A program made the position numbers and the translations under genes. A DNA stretch of 63,759 bases, filler included, from Octopus bimaculoides (taxonomy: Eukaryota), in assembly GCF_001194135.2 (NCBI RefSeq). It is 11 parts of 9 records of this genome, joined end to end, with 100 filler letters (N's around TTAATTAATTAA, not from the genome) between each part and the next. Parts side by side here need not be neighbours in the genome. Positions count along the whole stretch, not along the records: positions 21,535 to 33,110 come from NC_069005.1; positions 33,211 to 36,112 come from NC_068985.1; 9 more parts are not named here. One strand, 5' to 3'. Position 1 is the first letter of the stretch. Each line of letters begins with the position of its first letter. Below are positions 26,163-36,050 of this stretch, in pieces. Below the pieces are notes generated by a model. That model made no database searches. It saw only the letters and a list, made by a program, of their open reading frames with translations, and was not told the origin of the DNA.

Positions 26163-27415
26163 CACAGACATGCAGGAAGTAAATAGACACCTTTAATTTT
26201 CAAAAGTTCTGATCTAAGCGTCTTAATATGTTTGTAGCGGTGTAGAATTTACAATGTAATTATTTTTTTTCATTCCCAGTGCCATTATATTAAACATTTG
26301 CGAAGAGTAACCATGCCACGCACAAAAAATTCAGCAGAACTGTTCTATTGTTGGGTAATCTGAGGCTGGCCTCAGCCAGCGAAAAATTGCCAAAAATCTT
26401 CAAATTCCTCTTGCTACTGTTAATAGAATTATAGCACAATTCAAAAGCCAAGGAAAAGAATCAACAGTTTCTCGTCTTGGCCGATCTGGGCCCTCGGAAA
26501 GGAAATTTCGCTGTTTGAAGAGAATTGTGGAAAACGAACCCCACTCGAAGGCTTCTGACATTGCAAAACAGCTAGATGTTAGTCCAAGAACGTGTGTTAC
26601 ATATCTGCATAAGCTTGGGTATTATGGACGAGCAGCTAGAAGGAAACCTCTCCTTCAACCAATTAATATCATAAAAAGAAAGAAATGGGCTAAAGAGATG
26701 TCAGAAAAATCCAGTTCATTTCGGGATAGAGTGTGATTTTCTCAGATGAATCCAGATTTGCATTATTTTCAGACAGTGGACGTGTTTGGGTCTGGAGGCT
26801 TCCCAATCAAGAATTTGATTTGAAACGACTCCAACGAACTGTGAAACATGGCGGTATCTCTGTAATGGTATGGGGAACTGTCACCAGCAATGGTCGTTCT
26901 GAGCTGATCGAATGTGTTGGAGCATTAAACTTTGAAAAATACATCGAAATACTTAAGCAAGGGCTACTTCCGATATATTCACACGATAACATAACGAAAA
27001 ATGAGTTTTTATTCATGGAAGATGGGGCTCCATGCCACACAGCGAAAAGGAATCAACAATGTCTGACTGAAAATGGGATCAAAAAGCTTCCTTGGTCGAG
27101 CCAATCTCCTGACATGAACCCAATTGAAAATCTTTGGAGCATACTAGATAGAGCTATACGAAAAACTCAACAGAAACCTAAATCTAAGGATGAATTGTTG
27201 CGTGAAAAGTGGGTAGAAATTCCACAAGAGACAACTACAAAGCTCATCGGTTCAATGCCAAAAAGAGTTTCTGAATTAAAAACTGCAAAGGGAATGTCAA
27301 CTAAATACTAAAGTATGTAGACCTACCTATCGATTACATTTCAATTGTTCGCTTTGCGTATTAAATAAAAGATTTTGAAAATTAAAGGTGTCTATTTACT
27401 TCCTGCATATCTGTG
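26163..27415 (+). mobile_element. Near-complete Tc1-family DNA transposon (DD34E), 1253 bp
   Basis: 43-bp TIRs (26163-26205 and 27373-27415, one mismatch) flanked by TA on both sides; encloses a Tc1 transposase reading frame. Confidence 0.95.
26313..27311 (+). pseudogene. Tc1 transposase pseudogene
   Basis: HTH region ([20 protein letters not shown]), RAARRKPLL, catalytic FSDESRF, FMEDGAPCH and PDMNPIENLW with exactly 34 residues between D and E. Disrupted by an N-terminal indel and a 2-bp GT duplication at about 26731-26734. Confidence 0.92.
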
Positions 27416-27529
27416 TATATATATGCGTGTATATAAAGCTCAAGAGAATGAAGTAGAGTAATAGATGGTTAGTTTATGTTACTCTAAAAGGAACATACGG
27501 CCAGTTTTGTAGTTTCTCTTGTGTATATA

Positions 27530-27675
27530 TCCCTCACTGGGCGGGACATCTGAGTGGACTGGAGCAACGTGAAATGAAGTGTTTTGCTCAAGAACTCAAG
27601 ATATCAGCCGTTCCAGGAATCGAAACCACCATCTTACAATCATGAGTCCAACACCTTAACCAGTATGTCATGCAC
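27530..27675 (-). mobile_element. SINE family C fragment
   Basis: Reverse complement of TTGAGCAAAACACTTCATTTCACGTTGCTCCAGTCCACTC plus B box. Confidence 0.65.
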
Positions 27676-27697
27676 CTGCACAAGAAGAATAAGTAGA

Positions 27698-27929
27698 AGG
27701 CGGTGAGCTGGCAGAAACGTTAGCACGCCGGGAGAAATGCTTCGCGGTATTTCGTCTGCCGCTACGTTCTGAGTTCAAATTCCGCCGAGGTCGACTTTGC
27801 CTTTCATCCTTTCGGGGGTCGCTAAATTAAGTACCAGTTACGTACTGGGGTCGATATAATCGACTTAATCCGTTTGTCTGTCCTTATTTGTCCTCTCTAT
27901 GCTTAGCCCCTTGTGGGCAATAAAGAAAT
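27698..27929 (+). mobile_element. tRNA-derived SINE family A, full length, with 16-bp TSD
   Basis: Head GGCGGTGAGCTGGCAGAA (A box), GAGTTCAAATTCC (B box), central hairpins, tail ...TTGTGGGCAATAAAGAAAT; TSD AAGAAGAATAAGTAGA at 27682-27697 and 27930-27945. Confidence 0.92.
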
Positions 27930-28159
27930 AAGAAGAATAAGTAGAGTAGAAAAAAAAATTCTTGTAAACTTAAACTACAGAAAAAGCGACTCCGTGTGAC
28001 ACAGTTTATTGATTCTGTAGCAATCGTCGAAATGAAATATTTGCTGGTAGTTAAAATACGGGTGCAGGAAGGATAATACCCTTAAGTAATAGGACCTGGA
28101 AAACTACAGGACAAAAAATGGGGCTCTTAAATTACTGCAATTTCTATATCGGAGCGTGT

Positions 28160-28345
28160 GTGCGTTCCTGTCTGTGATTCGACTAAAAGCGGGCTTCTCT
28201 CAGCTTCCATCAACCAAATCCACTCACAAGGCTTTAGTCGGCCCCAGGCTTTGTAGGAGACACAGGGACAATGTGCCATCCAGTCGAACTGAACCCAGAG
28301 CCATGTGGTTGCGATGCAAACTCTTAATCTCACAGCTACACCTAA
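28160..28345 (-). mobile_element. SINE family B head/core
   Basis: CCACTCACAAGGCTTTAGTCGGCCC match. Confidence 0.7.
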
Positions 28346-28726
28346 AATGCCTTGCAGGAGCATGTCGGATAATTTTGCATCATACTCTTACAAACTCTAA
28401 ACAAATAAAAAAGATTTTCTATTGCTAACGTTGATCTCATATGTGAAGATTATTAATTTGTATATAATATATAGGACAGGTTGTTTGTTTCGATGGATTT
28501 ATTGCTTAGAAATCAGTAAAATGTGAGACCCAGAGTCGCAGTTTGTAAAGCTCCGGCTTAAAATAAAATTACAGAAAGATATAGCATGCTTTCTTCCCAC
28601 GCGAACGTCTGTGTACGTGTGTGTGTGTGAGTGTGTTTATTTATCCTCCAATATATATGCACGCGTGTGTGTGTATTCATTACATAAATGCATATATAAA
28701 TATATATGCTTATATGTGTAAATGTA

Positions 28727-28779
<53 letters not shown>

Positions 28780-29186
28780 NNNNNNNNNNNNNNNNNNNNN
28801 NNNNNNNNNNNNNNNNNNNNNNNNNNNNNNNNNNNNNNNNNNNNNNNNNNNNNNNNNNNNNNNNNNNNNNNNNNNNNNNNGTGTGTGTGTGTGTGTCTGT
28901 ATACACATTCAAACACGCATACATACACAACGACATACATACATACATACATATGTATTTATGTATAATCCTATCTATATTTTTCATCTTGATCTTGTAT
29001 TCGGTCCTACCCCCGCCTCCTTCATATATTGACACTCTCCTTATTATACATATATACACACATACATACATATATATATTCTCCGATGAGCCAACGGCGA
29101 AATGAGATTACTGTTTTGTAAGCGCCAACTTTTTTCGGTATTATATATTACACAGACACGCGAACACTTGTGTGTGTGTGTGTATG

Positions 29187-29222
<36 letters not shown>

Positions 29223-29524
29223 TGTATATGCCCATATTAAGGTAATTTACTCAACGTCTGTTTTGTTTGATTGAACGTAACGGATTTCCAAGTGTCAATA
29301 ATGATGGTAACTAAACAAAGAATGGTAAACAGCAACGATATACATCAACAGGGAACGAGATTCGATACAGTAAAGGAATCAAACAAACAAAAAAAGGTAA
29401 AAAAAAACAACAAATGAACTAGAAACGAAAATCCTTTAGATCTCCAATCGACGGTTAGACGGAATACACGCATACATATAGATAAATGTAGAAATAGCCA
29501 TACATACATACATACATCATACGT

Positions 29525-29568
<44 letters not shown>

Positions 29569-29612
29569 NNNNNNNNNNNNNNNNNNNNNNNNNNNNNNNN
29601 NNNNNNNNNNNN

Positions 29613-29661
<49 letters not shown>

Positions 29662-29944
29662 CGGGCACACATACATAACAGTCTGTTAGTGCGTCCGTAA
29701 TCTAGCAAGTCATCATCCGTAGACGATTACTCGTTCGATTAGCACAAGTTTTTTTTTTTCTCCTCTGAGAAAGTACTGTATATTCGTCAGACCTCCTTTC
29801 TCGTTCTCATACAATATGCCCAGCGCTAAGACAGAGTTGGCTTGTACAACTAAAAGGGATATTAGCAAAACGGTTGAAAGGATCTCCAGACCTTACGGTA
29901 CCCACGTAACTTAACGTGCGTCAAATCTATAAAACATGAATCCA

Positions 29945-31324
29945 CACGTTCGGTGACTGTTACAGTCTTCTTGATAATCATTTCTGCTATCTTTCTCTCG
30001 AACCTGTAGCCTAAATTTGGTTTAGGATCCAAGACATTTTCAATAGAAGCATCAGGATCAAGACGATCAATTCCACCTGTTGGCAACACTATCATATTAG
30101 CAACAGATTTGATCAAATCTGAAAGATCTTCAAGTAATTTTGTTTCGTCGACTGTGTTTGATTCAAACAGTTTATTCACTTCCTGAACATGTTTTAAACT
30201 TGGATGCAAAAATAAAAGGTAAAGTTCATTCCTAGAATCACAAAACATTTTATGTAACGTTTGTGCTGGAAAGCATTTTTCTTTTGTAGTTGTTCGTTTG
30301 GAAGTGAGTTTGCAATTCAAACCGTTGGCTTAAAATTCTATTTACTGCTGGTTCTATTGACAGCCACCTAGTTGTACAAGAATTCAAAATCTTCAAAGGC
30401 TCTTTGTCATTGATAGCAAGGTAAAAGTTGTTTGTAGGCACTTTGTCTTGTTGAAGAATGAGAGAACCATTTATAGGTTTCGGATACTAAAAATTCTAAA
30501 TTTATGGGCAGGCATTCAGCACAAGTGTGGGATACTGCCAAATGTAAAGAATGACATACACATCTAAATGGAATTAATGATGGAACTTCTTTTAATTTCT
30601 GGAAAACACCATTGTTGACTCCTATCATTACTCTAGCTTTGTCGGTTCCTATAGCCAGTAAATTTTTTTTATATCTAATTTCTTTTCCGCTAATTCAGTT
30701 TTTAAGGCGTCTACAATGCCATCTGCATCACATGTCTCTAAAGATACCTTACTGAGATATGTATATACCACTTTTTTGTGAGTGTCACTGTAATATATGA
30801 TAACGATTCCTAACAACTTCTTTATCGATATATCATTGGTTTCATCTAATAACAGGCTAAATTTTCTATCTCCTATATCAGAAATCAAATCTCCATCAAA
30901 ATATGGAGCTACAACATTTCTCACAATATTTGCACATTTTGTACGATGCAATTTCACTTTGGACATAATAACACTATCAGACATAATTCTTACATAACTC
31001 TATTAAGTGATCACAGTTATTAAATGATGAGTGGCAACAAATAAACATTGCTAAATTTTCTTCAAGCATAGATGTCTTATCATTTTTGGTTTTAATAAAA
31101 TTGGTAAGAGGAATCCTTTGCTGCGGAGTTGATGCCTTATGTTTCTTTGCTTCACAGTGGTTTACTAAAAGAGAATATTTTGCCAACATATTACATCTAC
31201 AATATCTGCAATGTGCTTTAGATTGGTCACTAGGTACTTCACACAACCGCTTAGTAAATGCTGGCATCTTAAGCCATTCCTTTCGGAATTTTTGCTGGCA
31301 CAACATTGTTTTTTCTTTGCTCAT
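29945..31324 (-). pseudogene. hAT-superfamily (ZNF862-like) transposase, frameshifted and C-terminally truncated
   Basis: Consecutive ORF pieces: N-terminal zinc finger (HCRYC...HCEAKKHK), FSLLLDETNDIS, IGTD, CVCHSLHL, TRWLS. At least four frameshifts; no dimerisation domain or TIRs identified. Confidence 0.88.
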
Positions 31325-31393
31325 TATAATGTAATGAGAAGCAAGGAAATAAATTGAATGATTAATAAAAATATAAAAGACAATTATTAGACA

Positions 31394-31394
<1 letters not shown>

Positions 31395-31438
<44 letters not shown>

Positions 31439-31532
31439 GTTGCTGTTGTTATTGTTGTTATTATTGCTATTGTTGTTGTTGTTATTGTTGTTGTTATTAT
31501 TATTATTATTATTGTTATTATTATTATTGTTA

Positions 31533-31588
<56 letters not shown>
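31395..31588. repeat. (ATT/GTT)n microsatellite
   Basis: Direct reading. Confidence 0.97.
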
Positions 31589-31589
<1 letters not shown>

Positions 31590-31590
<1 letters not shown>

Positions 31591-31830
31591 GGTAGCGAGC
31601 TGACAGAATCGTTAGCATGCCGGGCAAAAATGCTTACCGGCGTTTCGTTCGTATTCACGTTGTGAGCTCAAACTCCGCCGCCGAGGTCAAATTCCAATCA
31701 CAAGCCATTGGTCGGCCCGAGGCTGCAGTAGAAAAAAAAAACACTTGCCCAAACTGCCACGAAGTGGGACTCAACCCGGATCCATGTGTGGTTGGGAAGC
31801 AATCTTCTTACCACACAGCCATTCCTGTGT
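31590..31830. mobile_element. SINE A head (+) fused to SINE B head (-)
   Basis: 31590-31690 matches the family A head; 31690-31830 is the reverse complement of the family B head/core. Confidence 0.78.
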
Positions 31831-33210
31831 CTGTTGTTGTTGATGTTGTTATTTTTTTGTCTGTCTGTCTGTCGTTGTAGTTGTTATTGTTGATGTTAAC
31901 GTTTTTAGTCGGCTTTTTTTTTATTGTAGCGATGATGGTGGTGTTGTGACAATTGTTGTTGTTGTTGTTGTTGTTGTTATTTCTTGTGTGTTTCTTGAAT
32001 CGATACTAGTGTTGTAGTTGCTTCTGTCGTTGTTTTGTCATGGCCGTTGTTTTGGTTATTGTTGTTCGTCCTTGTTTCTTTCACAGTCTTTTTAAATAAA
32101 GTATTTCCCACAAAGCGAGACGGAAATGAGTTTTCTTGCAAGACATGAAATAAAATTAGAAAGAAAAAAAAAACGAAAAACGAAAAACATGTCAAAAAAG
32201 AAGAAAATTTCTTTCTAAGCCACACTTTATTTCAATAGTGAATCAGAGAATAAGACAGAGCGATGGCGGGGGTGATGTTTAATATGGCGATTTAGCTTGA
32301 TTCATTGGTTGATTGGTTTGTTGAACTGGCTAGCAGGGTGTTTATAAGCTTCTCGCTTTCATTAACGAGTTTACTTGTCTTCTAAGAACAGGTTTCATTG
32401 AATTCGGTTTGTTTGACTAAAACAGCCGACGCCTCTCACTCGCAAACCACAATGCCTACCATGTAGCTGATAATCTTGCCATGAATTTTCAATCCCTTCT
32501 ACGTAATGCTTCTTCGCTCCTTGTATTTCTAATCATTCCCTTTCTTGGGGTGATGGGGTCATTCATTTGGTCCTTATCGATCCTTTCTTGCTGTTTGTTT
32601 CTTAATAATCATTTAATGTTTGTTATTTCTCAGCAATCTTTTCATGTCGGTCATTTCCTACCAATCTTTTTTCTTCTATATTCTTCGTTGGTAATTCTTA
32701 CTTATTTGTCCTTCAGTTTGTTAGTAATATCATCTCTTGTCGGTTCTTTCTTAGTAGTTTTTTTTTTCTTATTAATCCTTTCTTGTTGGTCTTTTCTTGG
32801 TAATTCTTACTTGTTGGGGTTTTTTTCCTTAGCAACCTTTTCTTTTTTGAAAATTCCTTTTTATAAATAATCCATAACTTAAGAAGTGTTTTTCACAATA
32901 GAGGGGAAGACACAAACAGAAATGTTTCGTTTGTAACCCCTTACTATTCCCTAAATTACAAACACCTTAGATTTTGCAAAGTGAATTCTGCGGACATTAT
33001 AAACGTCCTTTCCACTTCTGCTAACTCGCCACCTTATTGATAAATAAAATATCACCCACTGATATATAAATAACATTCAAAAACAGGAATGCTGTTAAAC
33101 ATATCATTTANNNNNNNNNNNNNNNNNNNNNNNNNNNNNNNNNNNNNNNNNNNNTTAATTAATTAANNNNNNNNNNNNNNNNNNNNNNNNNNNNNNNNNN
33201 NNNNNNNNNN

Positions 33211-33407
33211 GCAGGAAGGCACTGAAGTCCACCCTGCGTTCTCGCTCGCCACTCGTCCCAAACAGTCGAGCAAAGTGCCACTGAAAGGCCTCACACATTT
33301 TGCTTGGCTCGAGCAGTTCGCGCCCCTGTTCGTCCACCAGAGACCGAATGGTGGCTTTGTTGCCCTGTTGCGCCTCCGCCACCCGGGCCTCTCGCGCGGC
33401 TCCAAGA
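33211..33407 (-). mobile_element. L1/Tx1-like LINE ORF2 fragment (EN-RT linker)
   Basis: GC-rich, CpG-intact open frame AAREARVAEAQQGNKATIRSLVDEQGRELLEPSKMCEAFQWHFARLFG (typical I..L.D..G......I...F..HF..LF linker); 5' junction is in a (TATC/TACC)n array, 3' side in a gap. Confidence 0.72.
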
Positions 33408-33483
33408 TAGGTAGGTAGGTAGATAGGTAGGTAGGTAGATAGATAGATAGATAGATAGATAGGTAGATAGGTAGGTAGGTAGG

Positions 33484-33518
<35 letters not shown>
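33408..33518. repeat. (GATA/GGTA)n tetranucleotide array
   Basis: Direct reading. Confidence 0.97.
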
Positions 33519-34078
33519 GGTATAACCTGACTAATGGTGGGAAGTAAATGAATTCCGGATTCCTTATGAAGTCTTCTTTAGGGAATATTTACCGAAGCAT
33601 CATGGCGACCCACTTAGCAGCTTTCAGAAAGGCTCCGTCCAGTCTATAGAGATAATCTATCTTCATGAAAATTAATGTTATTCGACCACACCTAGAATTA
33701 ATTAATAATATCTTATTATCAACCAATAGCAAGAAATAACTGATGGCATCTATATTTACCAGACCCATATACATTTTCGCTTCCACCTGTACTCCACTCA
33801 CCTCCCATTCTGTAGTCCTTTTTCATCCACTAGTTCAACCGTTCTCCTCATTTTTTCTTTTTTTATTCGACTTCCTCTCACACTCGAAATTCGAAATTCG
33901 GTAGGCTCTACTGATTCCTTGACCAAAGTTCCACTGCTTTCAATATCTACCCAATTATTGCATCCCATACTGTACCTACCGAACGGCACAACTGAGCTCT
34001 CAATTTTTTGCCAGAGTTTTTCATTTCATCTCCTTCACTCCATTTGTGCATAAGTCTCAGACTCTGTCCGACACGAAT

Positions 34079-34115
<37 letters not shown>

Positions 34116-34574
34116 TTGTGTAGAGATATGTGTATTTTCGAACACAGTAAATTTCGAACACAGTATTCCTGTGAGAACAGCCATGAGGGTAAATACTCAA
34201 TCGTTCTCTTCTGTTCTTACAGATACATTGTGTTCGGAATTTACTTTCTTCTCTGTAAAATGCCAACACATTTGACGCTTCCAGAACGTAAAGCTTTACG
34301 TTCTGGCGTTTGCCGAAATTGCTTGAGAACAATTTTTCTTAGTGGTCAGAACATATGGGGTCTACCTTTAGCATATTAGGAATCCACCAAGTGGTTATTC
34401 GTCTTATATATATATAAATGTTCTATATTATACACAACCTTGTTTTTTTTTATCTCATTACGAAAAGTAAATCCTTATATATATATATAGAGAGAGAGAG
34501 GGGGGGAGAAAGAGAGAGAGGGGGAGGGGGAGAAAGAGAGAGAGAGAGGGAGAGAGAGAGAGAGAGAGTGAGAT

Positions 34575-34745
34575 AACGAGCTTCTTTCAGTTCGCGTCTG
34601 CCAAATTCAATCACAAGTTTCTGACCTGCCTGACGACAATGTAAGAGACACTTGACAAAGATGCCACGCAGTAGGACTGAACCCGGAACCATGTNNNNNN
34701 NNNNACGCAGTAGGACTGAACCCGGAACCATGTGGTTGGGAAGGC
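34575..34745 (-). mobile_element. SINE family B head/core spanning a small gap
   Basis: Family B match; 29 nt duplicated on both sides of the 10-N gap. Confidence 0.72.
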
Positions 34746-34865
34746 TACGTCTGCCCCCCCCCTCCCAATATACGATATAATTTAATCTGCCTTTGATGTA
34801 CGAGTGTATTCTCCTCACCTTGGTTTGCACCTATGCGCTCGCCTGAGTGTCAGTACGAGAGAGAC

Positions 34866-34915
<50 letters not shown>

Positions 34916-35276
34916 CGCACACACGCACACACACACAGAGGTTCGAATATATTCATTGTGCGTGCGGAGAGAGTGTGGATGAGAGCGTAAGCTTTTCGTG
35001 CGAGTGCGTATGTGCGTGTGTTTATATGTAATTAATTCATTAACGAGATGTGCAAACTTCCAATAATATATGTATAAAATTAATACATAAATTATGATAA
35101 TAAAGTAATAAATGATTATCAAACGTGAATAAATAAAGAAGCAAATTAAGAAAACAAACGAAGGAGACGTCTGGATTTAATACACCTTTCCCCGGTGTAC
35201 ATTTAACATTATATTACATATATACATGCACGCACGCGCGCGCACAGCATACACATAATCACACACATGCGCAAAT

Positions 35277-35309
<33 letters not shown>

Positions 35310-35423
35310 CACACACACAGGCCAATAGATAGCTACATAGATAGGCAGACAAACAGACAAACCGACAGACTGACAGACAGACAGATGTACGAACAAATAG
35401 ATAGATAGATAGATAGATAGATA

Positions 35424-35703
35424 ACATTCTTTATTGGCCACATAGGGCTGAACACAGAGTGGACTATTACAAATGTAGAGCTTTTCTTTTCGAAATTAAA
35501 AAAAGGTGGGGGGATACCAAAAAAAAAAGTAAAATTCCGATCAAAAGGATCGGGGGAAAAAAACGATCAAATGGATCGTGTATCCCTGAAGAATTTTAAA
35601 AATGTAAAAAGTAAGATTACATTTATCCGTGGAAAGAAAAGCCTACGGAAAAGACCATGGTAACCTCAGGCAGGGAGGGAATAAACTCGAGAGCAAAGTA
35701 CTC

Positions 35704-35705
<2 letters not shown>
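35424..35705 (-). mobile_element. Putative LINE 3' UTR inserted in a (GATA)n array
   Basis: Non-coding T-rich segment ending GTGTTCAGCCCTATGTGGCCAATAAAGAATG followed by (TATC)n in sense; (TATC)n also at its 5' junction. Confidence 0.55.
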
Positions 35706-35739
<34 letters not shown>

Positions 35740-35835
35740 AATATGAAGTTTAAAGAAAATGGTTTTCCTTTACTATTTTCATTCCGTGTCCCTGTTTTTC
35801 AACCTTTAAAGTTATTACAATAAATACTCTCAGAA

Positions 35836-36050
35836 GGTGGCGAACTGGCAGAAACGTTAGCACGCCAGGCGAAATGCTAAGCGGTATTTCGTCTCCCGTT
35901 ACGTTCTGAGTTCAAATTCCGCCGAAGTCGACTTTGCCTTTCATCCTTTCGGGGTCGATAAATTAAATACCAGTTGTGTACTAGGGTCGATCTAATCGAC
36001 TGGCCCCCCCTCCCCCAAAATTTAGGGCCTTGTGCCTAGAGTAGAAAAGA
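35836..36050 (+). mobile_element. SINE family A
   Basis: Full head, central module, GGCCTTGTGCCTAGAGTAGAAAAG tail. Confidence 0.9.

Noticed and set aside
34664-34733. 29-nt direct repeat around a 10-N gap
   Set aside because: Unmerged contig overlap inside a SINE.
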